Shown here: positions 35,470 to 48,327 of the stretch, one piece after another | How the letters are laid out: each line of letters opens with the position of its first letter | How positions within the stretch are numbered: position 1 is the first letter of the stretch | NCBI RefSeq assembly: GCF_004010195.1 | Contig: NC_057718.1 | Location: forward strand, 84,855,968 to 84,919,967 | DNA: 64,000 nt | From: Chiloscyllium plagiosum | Taxonomy: Eukaryota | Direction of reading: 5' to 3' | The notes under the pieces: generated by a model | Databases searched by the model: none | Told to the model about the DNA's origin: nothing | What the model saw: only the letters and a program-made list of their open reading frames with translations | Program-made: the position numbers and the translations under genes

Positions 35470-36204
35470 CTGAAAGAAAACCAAACACCATAGATTAATG
35501 ATTTTATTTTCCTCTAGTGAGATCGAGAAAGAGAAAGATGGGGAAACCACCCATAAAGCTAAATCCTTAGACTTTCTCAATCGAATAAAATTGACAATGA
35601 CATTATTAATATAGGAAGGACCTGCTAAAATCGAATAGTTGGTCTCCCCCCACAATGAATGGCCTCAACTATCAGAACCAGAAATTGCTTCTGAAGAACC
35701 TCAAGTGACTTAAATAAGCTCTGGGTGATCAGGCTGTCTGCTGCCTTACATGGTAATAGGAATGCTTCAGGCAGCCACCCGCTGTCTTCCTGTGCTGTTT
35801 TGCCAAATTAAACAGGTCTCAAAGTTTAACTCCTTTGGTGGTTAAAACACTTTGGAATGGACCAAAAATCTTAACTGAGAATCATTACAGTGAATATAAT
35901 CTATAAATATTACAAATGTAGAACAGCAGTAGTTGGAAGAGCTCCTGTCATCTAATATTTAGGATTACTGGCCATTAAAGAAAAATACCTTCTGCTCCTC
36001 TGATGTTTTTATAGGATACTTTCTGTTCAAGTAATCCATTTTCTATCTTGTCCATAGTGGCATAGCTTTCATAGTTTGTGCTGTGTCTTAAATACTTTTA
36101 AAACTACAATCATTGACTTCTTATTTCTGAAATCTAGCTTCTATGGGAAAGAAGTTTTTAAAAAAAATCAAAACAAGATATATAGAAAGCAGTCTTAATA
36201 TTAC

Positions 36205-36279
36205 CTGGCTGTTTTTCTTCAGAAGCACTGTAGTACCATCATCAATTTCATATTCACCATAATCTTTCAAACACCTTAC
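36205..36279 (-). CDS. GINS1: GINS1 exon 6 ([25 protein letters not shown])
   Basis: cttttag acceptor, CAG|gtaata donor, 75 nt; Psf1 B-domain sequence. Confidence 0.96.
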
Positions 36280-36929
36280 CTAAAAGTGGGCAAGAAGACC
36301 CATAAAAAGTATCAAGTCTTGCATTTATACATGGCACTTTATTTGTTAAAAACCAAGAAATCCACAAGACTGATAACCAAAACAAATCAACACTCAACCA
36401 TATATGGAAACATTAAGACAGGTCAGCAAAAGCTCAGATTGGTTTTCAAAGAGCTTAAAAAGAAAGAGGAGAAAATTCCCAATTTGAGAGCAGAGACAGC
36501 AGGGGTCAGATCTGCAGAATAACTGATGACAAATCAGGGATGCATAGACATCAGACTTGGGAGAAGTTCACTGTTCCCAGAGGAATGAACAGGGCTAGAG
36601 TTGGGAGGGGAAGAGAACTTGAAAGGATTTGAACAAATGCTAATTGGGTTGATATACGCCAGAGAGTCTTGGGATGAGCATGAAGTCATGTTTTCTTGTT
36701 GCTTGTTTATTCAAGTAGTGTTATTACAAAGAAAATCTAAAAAGTATCAAAATGTATCATATAATGTGCCTAAAATAATTTTCCACTGCATTGTGAGAAC
36801 TAATTGCACTTTGAGTATTAATCTTGTCATACCACAATAAGGAGACACTGAACATAAGCCAATCAATATGCTTTGAAAGGAGCATAAATAACACTATCAG
36901 TCAAATTGACTGGCACAAAGATCCAGATT

Positions 36930-37510
36930 CTCTTCCCTTGGCAATTCTGCAGCAAAGATTTAGGAATATTGTCCTCATTGGTTGCAGGCCTGCTGGTGGC
37001 TAGTGAGGCTTATGACTGGCATGTTTTTCCACATTGGGTGCTGAAGGTGTAATTGCTGCTGGGAACAATGGATCTATCTTACTTATTTTCTCTTTCATAC
37101 TGGTTCTTCGTTCAATCTCAAAGGTTACCGTAGCATTCCCACCGTGTTATCTCCAAAAATCAGGATCTATGACTAACACCTCCCGATGGCGATGGTCAAC
37201 GTGACATAAAGGAGTGGGATTTGAAATACTTACGTGGGACCCCTCTGTTCTATTTACCCATGGTCAACTCACCATACAACACTATCTTGGCAGATGACCA
37301 TCCACCTGATGAACATGATCCATGCAACACAATTGGCATTGCAGGAGAAGGGCTGTTTCCAGGACTTCAATGTTCATGATGCAATTCTGCCAGCAGATTT
37401 AAAATAAGCTATGTAAGCAGTGCCGATGGAGCATGTGACAGTGATGGATCCCATGTCCTGGCACCACAGAGAAGGGTGATGAGGACTACAGCCTTATACA
37501 TTTTGATCTT
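36930..37510 (-). mobile_element. Decayed RTE-clade LINE 3' fragment
   Basis: Minus strand YKAVVLITLLCGARTW motif typical of the RTE post-RT region. Confidence 0.65.
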
Positions 37511-38435
37511 GGTCTGTTAGTTGCTCCACAATTTTTATTAGAGTCTTAAACATTGCTAGAAGTGAATAAGTAGTTGGAGCTTTTTATCCTATACTTACCA
37601 TTCCTAAGAAAAACTACTTCTAAACAAGGACACCAATTTGTACAGCATGAGAGAAGGCTGCTGGTTGGGCCATCGTTGGCATGGACATGCAGCAAGAACA
37701 GTCAACTGTAAACCTTGGTTCTTAGACTAGGTAGATAAGACGCTGGTCAGGTTGGTGCCATGGGTGTATAGAAAATATTGAAAAAATGGTAATGGAGACT
37801 CCTAGTACAAAACTTGCAATACATGTATAAATTACTTTTGCTTACATAAAACAGAGTCCTGTGTATTAACGCATGCAGAAGTGAATCACGCTGTGAGCTC
37901 AACTAATAGACTGGTTCCTGGCACAATTCTTAGGACAGTCCAAGAATCCAAATTATCATCATGCCAATACAGGCCAGCCAATCAACACCCTCTTATGTTA
38001 TATAAAATAGTACTCTGTTCCACTGCTCTAAACCCCTCCCCTCTGAACACAGTAAAGATAGTGTCTCAAAGTGGAGTGTATTATTTCCCCTTCCAACTCT
38101 ATTTTGATTTAACCCCTGCCCTCCCCTTCACTGTTTGATCATGCAGCAATGCCCCTCTGTGAAGGGCACTTGTCACTGGCCACCCTGGTGTTTCCTTTCT
38201 TCCTGGTGGTGGAAATCGAATAAAGGTTTGTACAGCTGTGGTCTTTCACTGTGTCTCACACCTGCACACACAACATGGGTGCTGGGGAAAATATAAGCAC
38301 TACCACAGTTAGGCAGTAGTGTAGGGGTTTCAAATAAAGATATATATGGTGATTTAGAGTTTCCTCAGTTTAAGGTACTGACTCTGTGCTGGCTGGTGCT
38401 ACAGTCAGTGTGATCCTGCTGTTGTTGGTTTCTGC

Positions 38436-39340
38436 AAAAATAAAAGTCTCCCTTGTCCTCACTTACCACCCCACCAGTCTCCGGATCCAATACATCATCC
38501 TTAAACACTTCCACCAACTCCAACTCAGCCCACAACCAAGAACATCTTCCTCTACCCATCCCTCTCTGCCTTCCGCAAGGACCGTTCCTTTCAACAGTCC
38601 TTGGTTTGTCTCATTCTCCCCACCAACCTCTCGGAAACCCGAGGTACCAGAAAAGATGCAAAACCTGCCAGTACACCAACTCCCTCATCTCCATCCAGGG
38701 CTCTAAATAGGCCTTCCAGGTGAGACACAGGTTCACCTGCCTCCCTTCCAACCCAGTTTACTGCATCAGGTGCTCCCGATGTGATATTTTCTACACCGGG
38801 GAGACCAAACGTAAACTTAGAGAATGATTCGCTGAGCATGTCAGCCAGGCCCGCAGGGGCTGATCGGACCTCCAAGTCACCACTCGTTTAAATTCCCCTT
38901 CCCGCTCCCTTTCCAACATGACCATCCTTGGCCTCCTCCACTGCCGCAATGAACCGAACTGCAAATTGGAGGAACACCACCTCATCTTCCACCTGGGCAG
39001 CCTACAGTCCGGAGGACTCAACAAGAGTTCTCCAATTTCAAATAACCTCCCTTCCTCCGACTTCCTTCCCAGCCCCTTCCACTCCTCCCAGCCACCTATC
39101 AAATTCATTCCTCCCAATGATCAACCAAGTATTCTCGGCTTGTCTTCACCTATCTCCACTTCATCACCCTGCCCCTGCCACCCCTTTTACCTGCAGCTCC
39201 CCCTACACCCATCCCTAGTCCTGAAGGGTTACACCCGAAAACATCGATTTCTCCACCTCTTAATGCTGCCTGGCTTGCTGTTTTCTTCCAGCCTCCTGTC
39301 TACCCACTTTGGATTGCAGCATCTGCAGTTTTGTTTTTTG
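38436..39340 (+). mobile_element. Penelope-like element 3' half with GIY-YIG endonuclease (pseudogenised)
   Basis: LVLTYHP, CKTCQY, FTCLPSNPVYCIRCSRCDIFYTGETKRKL..FAEH and EEHHLIFHLGSLQSGGLN. Terminus has a deleted hammerhead core at 39217-39250. Confidence 0.9.
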
Positions 39341-39369
39341 TCTCATTATGATAAGGAACCAGGATGAGT

Positions 39370-40250
39370 AGCCAAGCTTTAAGGACTTTCTGTTCAGTAT
39401 CAAATGCCTTGGTGAGGTATACAAAGGTGGCAAACTAGCCTTTATATTGCTCTCACATTTCTTAATATTTGTAGTTTGAAAAAAATAATGTCTGTGGTCC
39501 CTCTGTCAATCTCTGAAACTTCATTAGCTCTCAGAAGTTTTCTTCTGCAAAGATAGGTACAAGCCTGTTCATATGTATTCAAGCCATGATCTTCCCAGCA
39601 ATAGAACAGAGGGTGATACCACAGTAGTTGGAGAAGTCTGACTTCTCTGTTTTTGCACTAGTGTATAAGAGCAGCATCATGAGATCCAGTGGTATCCTGC
39701 TATTTCCAAAAGGCCATGGAGGTTGGCACATAGGATAAGCTATCATTGTTCAAAACTTCAGATGGAATTTCACAGACTCTGAAAGCTTTAGTGCTCTTCA
39801 TCTGGTTGATGCAGTCAGGTTCCTCCTGAGTTGGGCTCTCATCAAAATGACAGTTATTTGACACAGTTATTGTTCTTTTATATCCTTTGTGTTTGGTATC
39901 AAAAGTGCACTGACCAGCAATCCAGGACTAACTAACTGTCGATGTATAGCATCTTACTATTGTGGTCCACAATACAGTGTAGTGCACTTTTGATTCAAAA
40001 TAGGATGGTTATTTGAACCACTTGTAATCTTTCTGCCTTGATTGTTATCTTTGTCAAGGAGGACATCTAATCTGGTGGTGTTCATAATTTCTCCTATCAA
40101 TTTACCCATCAGATGAGACAACGGGCAGTTGGAGCCTGCAATGAGAGTTGGACATAGCTGAGGACCAATGATTCCAGTCCACCCTACATGTAGGATGCAA
40201 CTGATTGAAAACGCAAGGAGGCTACATCTAGCTGAATACCCCATACTGAT
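39370..40250 (-). mobile_element. Decayed RTE-clade LINE, RT N-terminal fragment (same element as 36930-37510, split by insertions)
   Basis: Minus strand EKSDFSNYCGITLCSIAGKIMA..MNRL motif. Confidence 0.65.
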
Positions 40251-40700
40251 CTATACAAACTCATTTAACATTTGAAGACCTCAAGAGGGGAAGGGAGTTC
40301 ATACCACATGGACTGGCTGTAAAATTTGAAATTTCATACTAAAGGGTATACTTGGGCTGCCTTACATATGAAGAATGTGATAGGAATATACTAGTTTAGT
40401 TTCTTCAGAGCATATGAAACCAACATTAGGGAGAAATTTTTTTTGCTGTTTCAGGAGTCACTGTCATTTTCAGAACTTTATTCAAGTGACAAAACTGTAA
40501 AAGAAATACATTTTATCACTGCTTCATGTGCAGATTTGTTAAAAATTATGAATAAGTTCATTAGACAATACACCACCTTACTTCAGATATTAGAATTTGA
40601 TGTGTATTAAGGATGCTTCTTCAGGAGCCACAATGATCAATATTCTTCAGTTTACAGTTGAAACTTATGCACTGGTCACTAAATTCAAGTTATGACTTAC

Positions 40701-40817
40701 TTCAATAAACAAACTTTTTGGAGGTTTCATATCTTGAGTTATATCCAATCCTCCTTCACCTCCAATAGACCTCATGTATGTGGCAAGTGACTTTTTGTAC
40801 TGGTTGAACCATTCAGT
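40701..40817 (-). CDS. GINS1: GINS1 exon 5 ([39 protein letters not shown])
   Basis: Poly-T plus ccactgcag acceptor, GAA|gtaagt donor, 117 nt. Confidence 0.96.
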
Positions 40818-41689
40818 CTGCAGTGGAAAAAAAAAAATCAAACTTACACAAAAGGAACTACTGAAACTGAATAATTACAAGAATAGCAGTGTTGCACAGA
40901 AAACCTCAGGAAAACTACCCCATGAGGAGAATACTTCAGGAATTCCCCAAACCCAACTTTACTGGCTAGGAACTCCACCTTTAAAAAAAGGTTCAAACAT
41001 TCTGTTTTGTGCCACACAGTTTATATGGTCAGCAATTTGATAAACTATCTAAAATGTTAAAGCCAGCATACATTGCCCTGCCTAGTAACCTTTTGTTATT
41101 ATTTTTGCAATGGTTTAAATGACTTGTTTGGTCACTTCAGAGACAGTTCAAGAGTCAACCATGTTGATATGGGATTGGTGTTACATAAAGGCTAAACTGG
41201 GTAAGGACACTAGGTTTCCTTTATGAACCACTTGGATTTCACAAGAATACAACTTCATGCTACTCAAGACTTTGCTTTTTCTAGATCATTAGCCAAGGTC
41301 ACTGGAATAATCTAGTAACATACTATAATATGATCACAGCCTTCAATGTAGAAATGTTAAAACTTAACAATAACATGGCATTTAAATAGCATCTTTAACA
41401 CTAAAATTATCAAAATGGAGAAATTATCAAACAAAATTAGACACTGAATCAGGTAAAGAGATCAACAAAAAATGTCAGGTGAATTCTTCAAGCGAGAACC
41501 AGGACAAATAGGCTAATTGGGGAATGTAAAGGAAAATAAGACTAGCAAATAAAAGCATTAGAACTGAATGGCAGTAACACAAAAGGGAACCCAGCAGTCT
41601 TCTACTGACAGTTAAGTGAGTAATAAGTAGTGGAGTGGGCCTATTGAGGATACAGAGTGTGACATATTTAGTGGTGAAGGGCAAGGCTG

Positions 41690-43345
41690 GAATACTTAGT
41701 AGACATCAATGCCAAACACTTTAGGAAATTACATGGTTTAGCTTGTATCTCAGGTTGCAGGAGTAGAGATAACAGAATGTTTTGCTGTAATCCTCTAACC
41801 TACCCTTGATATGCAGAAGGCCAGCAGATTTGTAAATGGCAGATACTGCTTCACTAACCTAATTGTTTTATTTTTGAAGTAGTAACAACACAGAAAGTTA
41901 AAAAAAAAGACAAAGAACTACACAAAATGTTGGTGAACTAAATTCTCTCACAAAATAGATCCTTAGTGCAAAGTTGGATTATAAATATTGGTTTAAGGAC
42001 AGAAAATATAGCAGTTTGTGCTAAGTGGTTAGTTTTCAAACTGGAGGATGGTAAACAGTGGTATTCCTGGAACAAGGAATAAAATTTCAAATCTAGTGAT
42101 CATACTAAATTGGGGAAGTGGCAATCAGTGAGGTTATTACTGATCAACTGCAACAATTGGGTAATCCAGCAGATTGGAAAGTAGTTTATGGAAATAAACA
42201 CAAAGAAATTGATTCACCCCAGGATTGGGAAAGAAAATACAGATTAAATGGCAGTTATAAAGAGTGTATAGGGACAGTGGGGCTTGACTGGGTGTATGGA
42301 GATAGTTCTTTGGTGGCAGGACAAATTGAGAATAATTAGTGAAGTAAAATCTAAAGAACTTCAGATGCTGTAAATCAGAAACAAAAGCAGAAGTTGCTGG
42401 AAAAGCTCAGCAGGACTGGTAATATTGGGTTCTGAAGAAAGGTCACCAGACTGGACATGCTAACTTTGATTTCTCTTCATAGATGCTGCCAGATGTGCTG
42501 GTAATTAATGAACATTTTAGGATCTCTTAGGTTTTATAAAGAAAGACACAGAGTTAGGAAAGTTATGCTAAATCTTTAGAAAGCTCTGGTTAGGATTTGG
42601 CCATAACTGTAATAGTATGTCAAGTTTCTGCCACTACACCTTATGAAGGATTTGAAAGTCCTTGCAGAGACTTACCAGAATGGTTCCAAGGCTGATGTAT
42701 GTTAGCTACAAGGTTAGTTTGGAGAAGCTGGGGTGGACATCTTGGTAGTGATATTAAATAGATCTGTACAAGATTAGACAGATTTGGAGAAAGTGACGAC
42801 TGCAGATGCTGGAGATCAGAGTCGAGGAGTGTGGTGCTGGAAAGGCACAGCGGGTCAGGCAGCATCCAAGGAGCAGGAATGTTGACGTTTTGAGCATAAA
42901 CTCTTTGTCAGGAATGAAGAGCTTAGGAGCAGGAGAGTCAATGTTTTGAGCATAAGCTCTTCATTCCTGACAAAGAGCTTATGCTCGAAACGTCGACACA
43001 CCTGATCCTTGGATGCTGCCTGACCCGCTATGCCTTTCCAGTACCACATTCTTCAAGACAGATTTGGATAAGGTAGACAAGGAAAAACCTCGCTGGCAGA
43101 TGGCTCAAGGATTTGTAGACAGACGTGCAAGGGGAAGAACATTTTTATACTGCGATTGTTAACGACCTGAAAATTGTTGTCCAAGAGGGTGTTGGAAGCA
43201 GAAATCAGTGATTTGAAAATAGAAACGGGATGGGTGCTGGTTGGAAACAAGCACTGAAGAACTAGAGGGATATAGTGAGAAGATGGAGTGGCTGGATTAC
43301 TCCAAGAGGAGATGGAACGAATGCCTTCCTTTTGTGTTGTAAATG
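41690..43345 (+). mobile_element. Highly decayed CR1 with two PLE fold-back insertions (42350-42500, 42786-43052)
   Basis: Degenerate RT motifs (cttcactaacctaatt, gttatgctaaatctttagaaagctctggttagg) and a CR1-like 3' end. Confidence 0.6.
42786..43052. mobile_element. Large fold-back PLE-terminus insertion with inverted hammerhead-like motifs and target duplication
   Basis: ~95-nt inverted arms. cctgacaaagagcttatgctcgaaacgtcga lies at 42966-42996 and its inverted copy at ~42882-42912. agacagatttgga is repeated at 42776-42788 and 43056-43068. Confidence 0.85.
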
Positions 43346-44454
43346 ACGATATGAGGATAAGTGATTAAACAATTGATTCAAAGTTTTTAAGGAGTATATT
43401 AAAATAGCAGTATGTGGTTGGAAGCTGTAAGGAGGAAATTGCAAAACTTAAGGATCTAAGCAGCTCAATCATGGAATGAAAAACACAATGATAAGCAAAA
43501 GGCCACAAATGGATGAATACAGAATTCTTAGAGGGCTGCATAGCTTGACAAGGTTATAAAGATATGGAGGGATGAATCTACAAATGGAATTGAAACAAAG
43601 TTGCACACTTTTAAAATCAAGGTGTGGCTGGACCAGAAAAATCAGCGAGCATAAGAATAATGGATGAACAGGGCTTGGTGTGAGTTTAAATACAAGTAAC
43701 GAAGTTTTCAATGAACTCAAGGTTATGGCTAATGCAAGGTCGGATGTGGACAGACAGAACACTGGAATTGTTTAATCTAATGGACAATGGGTGAGGCTTT
43801 CAGCAGATAAAAAATGATGAGACATAAATGTACAAAGCTACAGGTGGAAGCAGACAATCTAGGTGATTGAGAGTGGAATTGGGCTGACATTTCAACTCAG
43901 TCTAATGGAAGCCTAGGATGAGGCAGGAATAGGAGCACATACCCACAAGTCAAGACTGCTATTGCACCAAATCAAAATATTTAGCTCATTAAAAGGATAA
44001 TTCCTGGCCAGGTTGGGGAGGAGATGTAATGCTAAATATTTCTATTGCAGTTTTCTCATTCACTTATTCTTTAATTAGGCACAAATGGCTATTTTTAGTT
44101 TACTTGCAAAGATTGCAAAAGCAAAACTCTGGAGTTCTCTATAGATTCAGCTTTGGCTCTCTGACTTATTTCCCCTGTGCCATCAGACAAGGAGTCCATT
44201 TCCACATGGTTAAGGAAGACAACCAACTCCACTTTGCTAGATTTCTTTTTCCATTCTAATGTCCAACAAGCTTCTTGTCAAAACATCTAATCTTAAGAGT
44301 TACAATATGTTTCAACTACACATTGGAAAGACCAAAATTATCACCTCCAGCCTCTTCACAAGCACTGCGTTCTCATCACTGTCTCAGCTTGAACCAGTCT
44401 CTTTTTAATGCGTCCCTGACCGATGTCAACCCAAATGCTCAAAGTTCACTTTCA

Positions 44455-45330
44455 CAGAATCACAAAAGAGTTTTGGCACAGGTGATCATTTGACCCATAA
44501 TGTCTGTGCCAGTTCTTCAAATTCAAATCATTAGTCATTGCTAATTTACTGCTTTTCCCCCCCCAAACCCTGCAGGTAATTTTTATCCAAATAATCATCC
44601 AATACTCTGGAATGCCTTAATTGAATCTGCTTCCATCACACTACCAGGAGCAAGTGTGTTCCATACCCTAACTACTCACTGTGTGAAAGAGATTTTCTTG
44701 TATCACATTTGCTCCTTCTGTAAAATTCTCGAAACCCTTGACCTCTGATCCTTAATTCTTTTACAAGTGGGAATAGTTCCTCTCTAAGTTCTATCAAGCC
44801 TGTTTATGACTTTAAAGACGTACATCAACTTCTCTAAGACTTCTTTCCTTGAAGATGAACTGTGCTAACTTCTTCAATCTAGCTTCATAACTGAAAATTC
44901 TCATTCTTGGAGCCATTCTTGTAAATTGCTTCTGGACTCTCTTCAATGAATTAACATCCTTCCTATAATGTGGCATCAATTACTGTATACAACAATCCAA
45001 CTGAGGTCTAACAAGCGTTTTATATGCAACATAAACTCCTTGCTCTTGTACTGTATGTCCCTATTAATACAACTAAGGATTACTTTATTAATTACTCTTA
45101 AATATCATGCCACCTTCAGCAATCTGTGTACACATACACGCAGAACCCTCTGCTTTAGAATTGAATTCCCTATTTTGTACTGTCTTTCAATGTTCTTCCT
45201 ATCAAAATCTATCACCTCACACTTCTCTGCACTAAAAACCCATCTGCTACTCATCTGCCTACACCTGTATGTGTCCTTTTGAAGTTCTAAACTGATCTCT
45301 TCAGATTACAATTCTTACAAGTTTCATCAT
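44455..45330 (-). mobile_element. Decayed CR1 3' fragment
   Basis: Reverse complement of ORF2 C-terminal region and 3' UTR; many stops. Confidence 0.65.
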
Positions 45331-46187
45331 CACTAATCTACATTCACCTACACTTCACTGCTCACCTCTGTTCCATCGGAATTCAGTGCCAACTGAAATT
45401 CTCTCATGCGCTTTTATCATTCCTCCACTCATCTACAGTACATCAATACATTCCATATTGGCTTTCCACCTCTGCAGAAACTCTACCACACCCAAAACCT
45501 TTCTGTCTGTATCACCATCATATTAGTCATTTGTCACTACTCCTGGCCATTTAATCACTCAAATTTAAAAAAAGTCTTCCTCATGTTTAAATCCTCCCCT
45601 GTCCTTTACAGGTCATCACCCCTGCAAACCTCCCTGACACACCTATATGTTTTTAACACAATATCCTTCATATTTAAATCATAATTTGCATGTCAAGGGG
45701 AAGACGTGGTTTTAATTTGTGGAGTTATTTCAAGCTTGGTGCAGAAGATTCAGGTTTGTTTTGTTTACATCCATTTAATGAAGTTATAAATCCTTGACTT
45801 GTTCAGTATTGACATCAGCAGCAAATAATAACAACTGCCTCTCCTCTTTTGAGATCAGCTGCCCAGATCCCACTTCTCTGGAACTCTTTTCCTTGCTTTA
45901 AGGTGCTTCTTCAATCCTACACCATCATTCAAACTTTTCAGTTGCCTAATATGTATTGGCATAATATTAAAATGGAAGAGAATGAAGAACTAATAAATGG
46001 AACTACAGTCTTTACCCAAGGTGTGGAAAATGACCTGCTCTAATATTGAAATATCAATGATTCCATGAATGACCAAAACTAAATTAGTGTGCGACACTAA
46101 AAGAGTCCAGGCAGAGTTGGAAGGACTATAAACAGTTTTTCCTCATTCAGTTTTAGGCTCTGACATTCTATTATAAAACAGCCATAC

Positions 46188-46278
46188 CTCCTCAGCAGCA
46201 AAGTGGAACCGAATTCTCGATGGTAGAACACTTCCATATTCCCACCTCAATGATCGAATTCGCAATAGACGGTCATAT
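46188..46278 (-). CDS. GINS1: GINS1 exon 4 ([30 protein letters not shown])
   Basis: tcttctccacag acceptor, GAG|gtatgg donor, 91 nt, phase 2-0. Confidence 0.96.
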
Positions 46279-48037
46279 CTGTGGAGAAGACGACAAATTG
46301 TGTTTTAGCTGAATCCTTTATGCTCCAGTTTCTCCTCCTCTTTAAACGTTTGTTACATCGTGTAGGTGGTACCTACATCACTGCCTGAAATTTTAGTGGT
46401 AAACATGATGCTCATCAATTGGGCTGCTTAGTCCTGGACGACTGTCAAATTTCGTGAGTTTTGCTGGAACTGCACTTATTCAAGCAAGTTGGGAATATTT
46501 CAAGTAAAAACTGAAATGCTAGAAACACTCAGCAGTTCAGGAAGCATTTGTAGAGAGAAACAAATGGTATCTGACTTTTTGAATATTTATAAGATTTTGT
46601 TTTTATTTATGAATTCCTGTATCCACAGTAATTTGTTTCTCCACTTGAATATTTTATCTCTTTCCTGACTTGCGTAACTTGGAGCTGATGAATAGACTGG
46701 AGTCTAGTGCCAGTTACTCACTAAAATTCTTAGCCTATGATTTGCTTATGGTGTTAATATTTACGTGGCTGGTCCAGTTAATGGTAACCCCCCTTAATAC
46801 TGCTGGTGGGGTTTTCATCAATGGAAATGGTTAGACTCTCTTTTGTGATACAAGCGTTGGCTTACCTAGTCTCAGTCCAAGCCTGAATGTTGTCATAACC
46901 TCATTGCTTTCATTTCTGTTCTTCAGAAGACACCTATCCACAATGGCTTTCTTATTTAAAAAAAAAACTGCAGTACCTTTGTCAATCTATTTAACTCTGG
47001 ATCCCAAAGTTGTCCTTCCCTGACAACAGCCATGGAAATCAGTAGATCGATCCCTTCATAGTCCTTTTCAGAGAACCACTGTTGAAAAGCACCTCAATAA
47101 GGGTCTTAAAAGTCTAGTCTACTCCTTACCATCTTTATAGCCTGATCCAGTTTTACAATTCTGCATTCCTCCAATATTGGCCTCTCGTGTATCCTCCAAG
47201 TCCTTTGCCTCACCTTTATTGATCTGCCCTAGCCAAAATTCTAGAATTCCTTCCCTAAGTTCTTACATCCTTTTCTTTGGCTACTGTGAAATCATAAAAC
47301 AATCTATCTTCATATAGCAATACTAGATCACATGCAGAGGACAGCAATTTAAGATATTTGAGAAAAGATACAACAGTGACGTGAAGAAAACACTCTTTTG
47401 CTGTGTTTGTGTTTTAGACACAGCAAGTGATTAGGATATGGAATGCACTGAGAATGGTGTAGGCAGACCAAATTAAGGCTTTCAAAACACAATTGGATAA
47501 TCACCAGAAGAGAAAAAAACAAATGCATACAGGAAAAGGTAGGAATGTGAGATTACTTGAGTTGCAGAGTGCCAGCAGCAACTGAGGGCAGAATGGCCCC
47601 CTTCTGTGCTGTACCTTTCTACAACTTGTGATGGTGTGCATGGACTCTAGTATCTTATCCTAATATCAATGTTCCAGGTTCATGTTAGACAGAATTGTAT
47701 CTTAGCAAATGCCACTTTCTAAAAAGATTTCAAAATAATCTGTTAAAGGATGGTCCCTCAGTCACTGGTCATATCCAAAAATCTCCTAAAATCAAACTAA
47801 CAGTCACTAACTAACCAAACAGCAGCTGGAATAAATTTAATATGTATAGATGTCAATCATTAATTGCATGTTAGCAGCAGAAAGTTAAGGTGCTTTTACA
47901 ACTTGAAATAATGCGTAAAATTGCACCATGACGATTTACTTTTGATTATATTGCATTACAGAACTGAAGAATAGAAAGGCAATCTAATATAAAGATTAAG
48001 TTCAGAACCACAAGATCCCATAATAAATATGACATAC

Positions 48038-48136
48038 AGATATGCTAAAATACAGCGTTTATTCCTCAGCAAACAGCAGTGGCGAAACTTGATTGTTGGG
48101 ATTAAGTCTGTCCTGCCATCAGATTTAGCCTCATTC
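48038..48136 (-). CDS. GINS1: GINS1 exon 3 ([33 protein letters not shown])
   Basis: ttcctttgtag acceptor, CT|gtatgt donor, 99 nt; RNKRC.LAY Psf1 signature. Confidence 0.96.
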
Positions 48137-48327
48137 CTACAAAGGAAACAGAACACAATGTACAGACTTGTTTTGATTACTATCCTCACTGGCTGACAAT
48201 CTAACATTTTGTCTATGAAACAGGTACATTATTCCAGAACATAGTGAAAAGCTAGCTTCAAAGGCAGGTATTAAATATAATAAAAATACGCAGCACAGAA
48301 CAATTACAAGTCAAACAATGATCTTTA

